This document shows, in pieces, positions 54,468-64,000 of a DNA stretch of 64,000 nucleotides. Made by a program: the position numbers and the translations under genes. This stretch comes from Lama guanicoe (taxonomy: Eukaryota). Within the stretch, counting starts at the first letter, position 1. Every line of letters begins with the position of its first letter. Where the stretch lies: positions 4,709,328 through 4,773,327 of the forward strand of contig MU054220.1 of assembly GCA_013239625.1 (NCBI GenBank), in the 5' to 3' direction. Under the pieces are notes generated by a model. The model was not told the origin of the DNA, ran no database searches, and worked only from the letters and a program-made list of their open reading frames with translations.

Positions 54468-55589
54468 GATAAATTTTTATAGGCCTTTCCCCTCAAAAAT
54501 TTTTTTCCAAGGGGATTCATGTCTTCATTTCTCAGGTTATAGTTCTTTACTCATGCCCTCTTTTCTTCTCATAGTGCCAGGACTAGTAAAATTAAGGGGA
54601 AAGGAGGCTGGGCTAGTAAGTCTAAAATACCACCTTCCAAAAATTTGCAGATTCTATCAATTATTGCAATTCTTTTCTTTATAAAATCTGGTCACCTTCT
54701 TTATCATATAGCCTCTTCTATTTATTCAAAAAGTAATCATCAATATTCTGCCTGATAGAATATCCAACTTCAGATAATAAAAGCTATTATTGAGTAATTG
54801 GAGGCCAAGGGTTCTGAGAAGTCAACAGGGTTTGATAGGGATCAAAACAGTAAAAGAGTACAATTCCCTGTCCCTCAAAGGGTGTGCAGCGCATCCAGCT
54901 GTCTCATCCTGTACCTCCCTTCCTAGGATAATCCACCTTTGGTTTTACATCCTCCAAGGACAGAGTCCATGCAACTTTACCAAACCACTTCAAATTGTGT
55001 AGGGTGCAAATCCTTTCCTATTTGTGGAGAAAAGGGGAAAGACTGGAGCATCAGCTACATATGCACCAGCTCCGTATGTAGCTGGTGCTATGACTCAACT
55101 AAATGTTTGGCTGGAGGCAGCTTTGGTTTTCAGAAGAGAAGCCTTTAGAACTCAGCAGATGGAGATCAGCTCAGATAACCAGTAAGTATGGAGACCATTC
55201 AGTGTGGATTTTCTGGTGCAGCCCCAACTTGAGAAAATATTTTTCTTTTCAGTAAAAATGAATTATTAAAGATGCACTAAATGTGATGTAAATTTATAAC
55301 TCTGAAATACTTTACTATTAACAGGAAATCACAATTCAGGAAAATAGATACCCATCAGGTAAAATACCCCAGTCTCTAGTTGAATAATTATTAACACCAT
55401 CAAGTCTTAGAATTTGGGGGAAAAAAATCTTTATCAGGGATGTAAGCATGAATTCTAAGTTTTCAGTCCTCAGCTCCCCAAAGCAGTTGTACCCCAAAGG
55501 GTACAATATCTGGTAACCAGAGTCTGGGTTTACATTTTCATTTTGAGACACATTCCTAACCGCAGTCCCTTTACTCTAGATCTACCTAT

Positions 55590-56232
55590 TATTATTATAT
55601 ATTCATATCTGACTACATAACCCTAAAATAACCAATCTCTTTAACCACTTCCATCAGCACTACCGGAACTAGAAAAAGGCAAGCCAGTTGTTTTTTGACT
55701 CGAAGAAGCTGTTTGCACGAAAGACTGTCTCGTTGGCCCATGTAGCCATGACCTTCCCTCTAATGACTGAGGGTCCTTGCTGAGTCCCTGCCACAGCCAA
55801 CAGAAGGAAGGGAAGGAAGGACAGGCGTCTCTTCTTCCTCCAGTACCACCTGTCAACAGTGTTCTGACCGCAGAAGACAGGCTTGTACGACAAAAGCAGA
55901 CTGCTCTGCGGAGCTGAGGAAGGGACAGATCCCATAGATGAGAAACCATATTTTGCCTTGGTGGCCCAAACACTTGGGTTTTATACATTTTTAAGAAAGA
56001 GCATATGGAACTTGAATAAATCTTTTCAAAATTCTTGAGTTTGTTGTTGTTTATTTGCGTGGTTTTTAACTGTAAATCTACAAAGCATTTTGAGCACTGT
56101 GTTTCTAAACTTACTGTTTGTAGGGGTCCATTTAAATTTCTATTTGAAAGTAAAAGAACTTGATATTCTGTATATTTTATTGTGGTAAGGAACATCATGT
56201 TTCTGTCTTATAGATTCCGATCCTCTTACGTC
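55590..56232 (-). pseudogene. Fossil exon: PLAT repeat 4
   Basis: tttgtttgcttgcag| acceptor; EYQVLLLS...VSLETQCSK...NFEK...FLKMYKTQVFGPPRQNMVSH (ORF 55641-56198), then WANETVFRANSFFESKNNWLA (ORF 55669-55935) and SADGSG. The 3' boundary is uncertain. Confidence 0.6.
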
Positions 56233-57131
56233 CTGCAAGCAAACAAACAGCACTTTCTAGACTCTTGGTAACCTGCATTATTGTTCCTGGGGTGATGGGG
56301 TGAATTTCTGTGCAAATGTCTTCATAACTTAAACAAATAAGCAAACCAGTGCAGCTTGGCTCAGAGGTAGCAAGTGGACTAGAGCTGCTTCTCTTGGTTT
56401 TAGGTTGCCTAGCTTTCTAAAAACAGATACGATCTAAAGTAGAATGGTCATTCATCACACTTGATTTATGGAACATATCATATTTAACATTTTGATGGGG
56501 TACTGTCAAGAAAAGTAGTGTATTCAGGAAATTCTAAGTTGATTTACACAGAACAAGTAAGCTGTGGTTTACAGGCATTTGAGAGTACTTTTCCATAACC
56601 ATGTCATGTAACTATTTCTTAGTTTTCCCTTTTCTTCTCTTTTTTAGTTTTCTCTTTTCTTAAATGACATCATTGTAATAATTATAACATCTTACCTGCG
56701 TATATAAGTTTGGTGCTTTTACAAACATGATCTCTTTTGATCCTCCTAGTGTCAATAACAATGTTACTATTAGATCCCTTTCAGGGTGACTAAAAGCTCA
56801 GATTCTGAAATGAGGCTGATGAGAATTTGAATCTTGGTCCTCTTAGTTTCTAGCTGTATAACGTTGAACAAGCTTTCTAGACTTTCTGAGCTTCAGTTTA
56901 CTTATGGGGAAAATGGGGATGAAAGTAATGCTTATTCCACAGGATTGCTGTGAGGTTTAAATGAGTAAATGTGCTGAGCAGAGTGGCTGGCACATAGTAA
57001 GTGCTCAATAAATGTTGGCATTGAATGAAAAGATAAATGAAGCTGAGAGACATTGAGAGGCATGCCCTTGATGCAGCAAAGGCCAGGACCCAGGTTGGCG
57101 GACTTCAAAGCCTGTGATGAAACCCTCTCAC

Positions 57132-57517
57132 TTTGTTTGCAATGCAGCTGTTTGAAAGTGTGACTCAGCATTGTTCCCAACTACCTTCCGCCTACGCACT
57201 GATCAAACACAAAAGCACTTTTCCCTCTTAACCAGTGGACTTCAAAACCGTCCGTAGATGCCTTCGTGAAAGTCCATGGACAACCAGGGCCTTGTCCTGG
57301 TACAGAAAAATGCAGCAAGTTTAAGCCATAAAGGCAACTCACTGAGAAAAACTGTTCTACAAAGATGAGCTTCAGGTGTAGCTCACTGCCTTTGCAGGAA
57401 GCTCTTCCAAGAAGCAAGCTGGTGAGAGAGATTAAAGAAGGTCTCAAAGGCCTTACGTCAACATATACTAGTCTACCCTTTTCAACAGACATTCTTAGTA
57501 CGCATGACCCAGCTATT
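57132..57517 (-). pseudogene. Fossil exon: PLAT repeat 3
   Basis: ttttccttttaacctaacag| acceptor. Contains track ORF 57181-57492 (RLVYVDV...LLLGRASCKGSELHL...FSV...GQGPGCPW...GKSAFVFDQCV), which continues in frame past a single TAG; donor CAAA|GTGAGA. Confidence 0.6.
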
Positions 57518-57610
57518 CTGTTAGGTTAAAAGGAAAAGTGCACTGGCTTGAATATATGGTAAGTGCCCAGAACTTCTAAACGTAACACTAGTCCCCTTAA
57601 GTCATCATAC

Positions 57611-58104
57611 ATATATTCTTTTCCATGTCTGTTGAGAAAGCTTATAAATGAAACTCATTTTAGTGCTGTAGTTCTTTCCGTTTTCTAAAGAGGCTCTCGT
57701 CCTTAAGTTCTGAGTGGGGCTGTTCTCAAGAACAAAGTCCCTTGTTACCGCGGCACATCTCTGCTCCCTAGGTGCTTTCTGAGTCACTTCAGTTTAATTT
57801 ATTTACCCTTTGGCTGCCTTCAATACACGTTTGAGTCCTACTGATGTTCACGGGGAGTATGTCATAATCGCAGGCAATAAAACTGTGGTCCTCTATTTTT
57901 AACCTTGAGCCAATACCATTCCAACTCAGAAGTTAATGTTCTAGGCTCTTGAGCCCTAAATTATACAGTTTCTGGTTAAGTTCTAGTCCTAGACTCCTTA
58001 GAAACTGATGAAATATTTCATAATTTCAAGTTCAGCATTTTCTTACATGGAACTTTGCAAGTGGCTTGCAGGAGGAGGGGTACTCTGTTTTGTTTCCAGA
58101 AGAA
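57611..58104 (-). pseudogene. Fossil exon: C-terminal half of PLAT repeat 2 plus linker
   Basis: cttctcccttctttag| acceptor; QKLYNLGLKSLEH / LEWYWLKVKNRGPQFYC; donor ATAT|GTATGA. Confidence 0.5.
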
Positions 58105-58199
58105 CTAAAGAAGGGAGAAGATAGGGGTATAAATGTAGAAATGGAATCAAAATTTAACTGACTCTTCAATGGGACATTTTTGGACTTGGCTATTATTAC

Positions 58200-58486
58200 C
58201 ATGAGTGACTTTCAAAAATAATAGCTCTCAAATATTTAACCAAAAATGTATAGTGCAAGGTAGTTCAATTTCTTTGTTCGGTGAAATGACACTTGGACGA
58301 TATCTTTAATATAAACTGTGTAAAAAAAAATTCTTGGTTTCATAGGAGGCATCAGTTGTCAAGCACCATCTGAAATTCTTCATGAAATAAACAAAAACAG
58401 CATCAGGGTGTGAGATTCGTCTTCAACCAGCACAAGGAAAATAAAAAAATTCTAACCCAGGATCTTTGAAGATGACACATATTTCT
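58200..58486 (-). pseudogene. Fossil exon: end of PLAT repeat 1 and start of PLAT repeat 2
   Basis: ttttttccacaag|...; reads EICVIFKDPGLEFFYFPC/xWLK (PLAT C-terminal V-x-V...Y-x-F-P-C-x-x-W-L), then YTVYIK...LALYIFG*IFES (PLAT N-terminal Y-x-V-x-V...V-x-I-x-L-x-G); donor CATG|GTAATA. Confidence 0.65.
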
Positions 58487-60489
58487 CTTGTGGAAAAAAA
58501 TAATGAACATAAATAAATAAAATCAAAGCTATCTTGATGTTATTAGTCTTAGAGGAAAATTCCCAACTTAGGCATCTCTTTAGATTCTTTCTTCAGCAGG
58601 AGACTCCTTCCAAAAAGAAAAGAAAAAAAAAATTATATAGAATAATTGCAGAACTCTGGTTGGCAAGAGAAAAAGGACACTAGTTTTTCTGGTTTCAAAT
58701 GGGCCCAGGTAGATCTGTCAAAAGTCGGGTCTTCCTAGTAAATAAGATGTTGTGTTTCCAAATACAAACTTCCCCTATTTTGTTTCATAAACTGCAATGT
58801 CTAATGCAGTCTCCTTAGACATTACAAATAAAATATGATCTCCCTAGTACATGGCTCAATCTATGTAAAAAGATACTTAGGGAGATGATTCACTGATCAG
58901 AAACCTCACAGACAGCAGAGAGAAGAGACAATGGCACATCCTGCCTGTGAGGACATGAGATTTTATGACCTGGAAAGATGTCTGTGGAATGGACACTTGA
59001 AGGTCCACACTAGCTGGAAGGTGTGGTTCCTGGCCCAACTTCCAACCCTATTCATTGCTGTCTTCCTGCTGGGTGCTGGGTGACTCAGTTGCTTTGTTTT
59101 GGCACACACAGACTTTCTTCTCTAAATTTCAAAGGTAGTTTAGTTTGACAGACACTGAACAGAGTGGTTCATGACTCAGGGAACAACTCTTGGTGGCCAA
59201 AGAGAAATGATCTTGCCATAATAATAGCCTGCAATCTGCTACCCCCCTCCTTTCTGAGATCTCAAAGATCACAGGAAAAACTCATTCCAGGGACATACCA
59301 ACTCTCAGGTAGAGAAGCAGAAACAAAATCCTAGAGAGTTCAGTGACTCTAGCGTGGATCAGGACCCCTAATCCACCTCCCGATCTCACCACCCCCATCA
59401 GTAGCAGAATGAGTCTGAAAGTCTCCTGGTGTGAATTACTGATGATTTAGGGAAGTGATTTTTTCCCCCAACAACTTCCTATGTCTAGAGAAAGATGGGT
59501 CATCACAATCATCACTTGATTTCTCTAGCAGTCCAGATTAAGAAGTTAGGCACTAAAAATCTCCTTGAGTCACTCATCAACTTTGCCCATGTTTGAAGGT
59601 CACTTAAATATCAGAAGGGACACTGGTTACTGAAGCTGATGAAATGGAAGATACGGAGTCCAGTGTGAAAAACCTGTGGACCAACAAACAGAATGCCTGT
59701 CTCTCCATTGTCAAGTATCTCTCACCAACACCAAATCCCAGTGAGATTTTTATAACTTACCAAAACTTAACATTTTTTTTTAAAGTGTGGGGACAGGGAA
59801 GTGAGGGAAGGAATAGGGGAGAGAGTAACAAGATCCTTCTCTGATAAGAAGGCAGTGCACAGGTTAAAAAGGTAGTTTTGGGTGTAGACCATTTGGGACA
59901 AATCCTAACTCCTACCCTATTATCCTTGTAACTTTAGGCAAGTTATACCATGACTCCACATCCCAGTTTTCTTATCTAAAAAAAATGAGCATAATACAGG
60001 CATCCACCAGAAGGGGTTGTTATGAAGATTAAATAAGTTAAAGCATGTGAAGCACTTAGAACAGCGCTTGTAACAATGATAAGAATTCAAAAACATAGCT
60101 AATACTATAAAAGGAATTAAAATTTTTTAAGTTTTAAATTACTTTCGTGCTATTATTTTTAAAAAATAAAGAGTTGATCCTTCCAGTGTATTTTCTCTAA
60201 TTCTATATTTACTTGATCTCTTCTTTTCCCCTTCTAATACTCATTCTCTCTCACTCTTACTTTCTCACACATAAATACACAAAAGCACATAACTACACTT
60301 ACAGGAGAAACATTAAACCAGAGTTTGTAAACAACACCTTGAATTCCACATATCACCTTGGCAATGCTCTTTGTAAAATATATAAAGTGTCACATGTCTT
60401 TTCAGAGATTTCTCTGTTAAGGTAAAATTAGAGCCATCTAAGATGGAGGAGTATAAACAATTGAATACGAACCACTCGGTTGTACTAGA

Positions 60490-63400
60490 GATTTCCACTT
60501 TCAGCCACTGTGGAGTAATTGGTACCAGACTAGTTCTCCTACTATAACAAATATAAAACTGAAAAAAGGGGTTTTCACACTTTAGACAATGATCAGAGAA
60601 AGAAAGTGATCCCGGAGAACAGGAAAACACATGATGTCAGTCCCATAATCACCTTTAGCTTTCTGCCTAGAAACAATTTCTGGACTGTGGTGCAGAAAGG
60701 GGTAACACACAATGGGGAAAGCACAATGATCTCGCCGAGCTGATGGGGTGAAGGCTGGAGTGTACGTTTGTTAGGGGGCTGAAATCTGTATGTCAAGTAC
60801 CAGAGAGAAAGGAGCTGTACAGAGAGAGAGAACTCAGAAATACACATAAAAGTCTCCTTGAATCTTTCACTGAACACTGAATTGTGCATGCATTGAAAAA
60901 GATTGTGAGTTACGGCAGAGAATAATTACTGAGAAACTGTGAGCTGTGCAAAGATTCCAGAGATAGCAGATTCCAGAGATAGTGCTTGGAGGCACTGGAG
61001 ATCTGACGAGCCAGAATAGAGAGACCTCACTGTACATACTGGGCATTCATTTGAGATCTCAGAAGGGCCAAGCCTTAGGAGTAGGGCTATTCTAGCTATA
61101 AAACAAGCGTTACTCCATTATCTCCCTATAAAAAAATTAGAATCAAGTCTCAAAAGGATCAAGCTAATCTGTGAGTAAATTAACCACCTGACATAACAAA
61201 AGTCAACACTCTTTGAAGGAAGACAAATAAATCCACTTACAACAATGTAAAATCCCAATGTCCAGTATACAATTAAAAGAAAATCACCAGCTGGAAAGAA
61301 ACAGAACAATGTGACATATAACCAAGAGGAAAAACCAGTCAAAAGAAACAGACCCAGAGATAACACAGATAATGGAATTAGTAGACAAGGACTTTAAAGC
61401 AAATCAAGAACTTTAAGCAAAACCTAGACATGATAGGTGAACAGATGAGAAATCTCCATACAGAAATATAAACTTTAAAAAGGACCAAATGGAAATTCTA
61501 AAAGTAAAAATTATGATATCTGAAATTAAAATTTTACTGAATGGGCTAAATATCAGGCTGGACATCGCAGAAGAAGAAATCAAAGAACTTGAACCACAGA
61601 AAGTAAAAACACTGAAAAAGTGAATAGATTCCAGGGATCTGCAGGACAATATTAAGTGTTATAATATGGGTGTAACTGGAGTCCCAGAGGGAAAGGATAG
61701 AGAGATTGAGTCAGAGCAACTATTTGAAGACCCAATAACCAATTTTTCCTCCATATTTAATAAAAAATATCAACCCACAGATTCCAGAAACTCAACCTAT
61801 TTTGAGAAGCAAAAATATAAGTAAAAATCACATGTAGACACGTTGTATTATACCACTGAGACAAAAATAACTACCAGATTGTAAGAGTCTCACAATATAC
61901 ATGAAATGGCAGCATGTTAATTTATAGAAGGTTTTGATAAGTTAAGAATACAAATAATACTTCCTAGACCAAACAGAAAAAATGAAAATCAAATAGGTAT
62001 TGTTAAAAGCTAATGGAGGAGATAAAACAGTGCTAAAGAATACTAAATGATTATAAAAGAAGGAGGAAAAAAGGAACAAAGACTGATGGGACAAATAGAA
62101 AACAAGATGTTAGACTTAAGACCAACTATCCTAACAACTATGTTAAATGCAAATTGATTAAACACTTGAATTAATGGCAATTGTTGTCAGACTGCATAAG
62201 AAAGCAAGACCTAATTTTATATTAAGGAGTTGTACTTTAAACATCAACAAACAGATGAGTTAAAATTAAAAAATGGGAAAAGATATAATGCATAGACACT
62301 AACCATAAGAAATCTGGAATGTGAAATTAATATTAAATTATATTAATATCAGATAATATTAACACAGAAAAAAGAATATTTTATAATGATGAGTGACTTC
62401 ATCAAGTAGAAATAACAATCCTAAATGAGTGTGCACCTAATAACAGTGCTTCAAAATACCTAAAGCAAAACAAACAGAACTAAGGGGAGAAACAACCAAA
62501 TCCACAATTGCTATTCGATGTTAACTTTCCTGTCTTAGTAACTGATAAAACAGGCAAACAAAAGTATTAGTGAGAATGTAAGATTTGGAACACTATCAAC
62601 AACTTAATCTAGTTAACACTTATTGAACACTATAGCCAACAATAGCATAATACACTTTTTTTCCAAGTGCACAGGAAATATTCACTAAGATAAAACATAT
62701 ATAGGGCCATAAAATAATTTTCAATAACCTTCAAAGGATCAAAGCCATATATAGTATGTTATCTGACCACAAAATAATTAAATTATAGCTCATCAGCAAA
62801 AAGAGATATAAATTATCCTTCAAATTGAATTAAAAATAAATAATAATTTTTAAAATCACATCTGAAAACTTGTGGGATGCAGCTAAAGCAGTGCGTAGAG
62901 GGAAATTTAGAGCATTATATAGTTACATTAGAAAAGAGGAAAGATTTAAAATAAACAATGCAAGAAGCCAAAAAAAAAAAAACCCAAAAAACAAAAGAGG
63001 ACATAAAGCCAAAAAAATAATGTAGTAATAAAAAATAAACATAAATCAATAAAACAGAAAAACATAAAATCAACAAAATCAAATATTGGTTCTTTGAGAA
63101 AGATCAATAAAATTAAACTACTCTTAGGCAGACTGATAAAGAGACAGAGAGAAAATACAAATTAACAATATAAAGAATTAAAGACGGACATCACTACAGA
63201 TCTTTCAAACATTAAAAGGATAATAAAAGATTATTGTAAACAGCTTTATGTTAATAAATTTGAGAATTTTGTTGAAATAGAATTTGTGTTCTAGACACCA
63301 ATAAAAGAAGAAATAGAAAATCCAAATAATCTTGTGTCTTCTACCTTCTGCAAAGAAAACTCCAAACAGATAGTTTCACTGGTGAATTCTACCCAATATT

Positions 63401-64000
63401 TAAAAGACAAAGAATACCAATTTTTTATAGACTCTTTCAGAAAATAGAGGAAGAGGAAGTAGCTCCCAATTTACTTTGTGGGGCATTACAATGTCCTTGA
63501 TAATAGCCAAGGACGTTATTAAAAAAAAATGATAATCTTCTCTCTCATGAACACAGACAAATATTTAGCAAAATATTTGCAAACCAAATCCAACAATACA
63601 CAAAAATGATAATATGTCATGACCAAGTAGAGTTTATTCCAGGCTTGCAATATTAGTTTAATATTTGAAAATCAATGTAGTTCATCATATTACAAAATAA
63701 GAGAACAGAGACACGATCATTTCAACATTTGTATAAAGAGAACTTAGAATGTTCATTCATGAAAAAAAACCAACAACAGTTTTAGTAAACTAGGAATGAA
63801 GGGAACTTCTTTAACCTGATAAAGAGTATTTATGAATAACCTGCAACTAACTTCCCCCATTCCATTAAGTTCAGGAACAAGGCGAGAATGTCTGCTTTCA
63901 TCGTTTCTCAACATTGTACTGAATGTCCTAGTCAGGGCAACAAAGAAAAACAAAAAAGAGATAAAAATCCATAAAGTTTAGAGGAAAAAAAAAGCGAAAC
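60490..64000 (+). mobile_element. Old degraded L1 (5' region, ORF1, ORF2 endonuclease to RT part), running off the window
   Basis: L1-typical A-rich decayed sequence, e.g. aatgagtgtgcacctaataacagtgcttcaaaatac, ttgtgggatgcagctaaagcagtg, ttcactggtgaattctacc. Confidence 0.85.

Larger units (their letters stand above)
53033..54540 (-). pseudogene. Three fossil exons (about 54540-54244, 54128-53949, 53218-53033) encoding PLAT repeat 5
   Basis: IKIY/QVH...PK|GTICDIEELLCG...IVLLE*CFKPN..TKFKALYD/FGDLVSKALLSRFSSGGK|QCVLKN...GGKTFLFVHENWLS. Donors AAG|GTAATC, AAA|GTAAGC, TTG|GTAAGT; acceptors tttaacag and tttttcag; intron phases 1 and 0 match across the two internal junctions. Confidence 0.7.
14168..58600 (-). 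pseudogene. Decayed multi-exon unitary pseudogene of a giant PLAT-repeat / vWA-repeat / E2(UBC)-like-repeat protein
   Basis: About 20 collinear minus-strand segments, many bounded by polypyrimidine-AG and GT(A/G)AG, translate with stops and frameshifts into ordered PLAT, vWA and UBC-like motifs (see component features). Ends are approximate. Confidence 0.75.

Noticed and set aside
55641..56198. 185-aa ORF as an intact stand-alone gene
   Set aside because: The PLAT-like motif switches frame and the neighbouring exons carry stops; better explained as part of the pseudogene.
57518..57540. U12-like branch sequence TTCCTTTTAAC before an acceptor
   Set aside because: The paired donor is U2-type (GTATGA), not RTATCCTT.
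1..64000. miR-129-2/miR-670 (expected further upstream of HSD17B12), CRISPR arrays, rRNA or prokaryotic systems
   Set aside because: No matching sequence seen by eye; the window is eukaryotic and has no repeat-spacer structure.

Overview
Mammalian genomic DNA, most likely a camelid, judging from six tRNA-derived Vic-1-type SINEs. The only intact protein-coding feature I recognise is coding exon 1 of HSD17B12 (minus strand, 9953-10112). Its CpG-island promoter carries CCAAT and SRE-like sites, and 1-9952 is its first intron. The rest looks intergenic and repeat-rich (L1, L2, MIR, MaLR/ERV LTRs, an ERV1 gag remnant, a Tigger1 derivative). Hand translation of the AT-rich unique sequence between the repeats, however, reveals a long series of decayed minus-strand exons from about 58.6 kb down to about 14.2 kb, many with AG/GT splice sites. 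In order they spell about five PLAT/LH2-like repeats, a large uncharacterised exon, three vWA-like domains and four ubiquitin-conjugating (E2/UBC)-like repeats. I read this as the fossil (unitary pseudogene) of a giant PLAT-vWA-UBC gene upstream of HSD17B12, which I cannot match to any named mammalian gene. One of its introns holds a small CpG promoter with tandem ZNF143-type sites (about 33.7 kb) and a candidate ~4-kb minus-strand transcript. All domain and repeat-family calls are by-eye motif matches and need HMM/BLAST confirmation.
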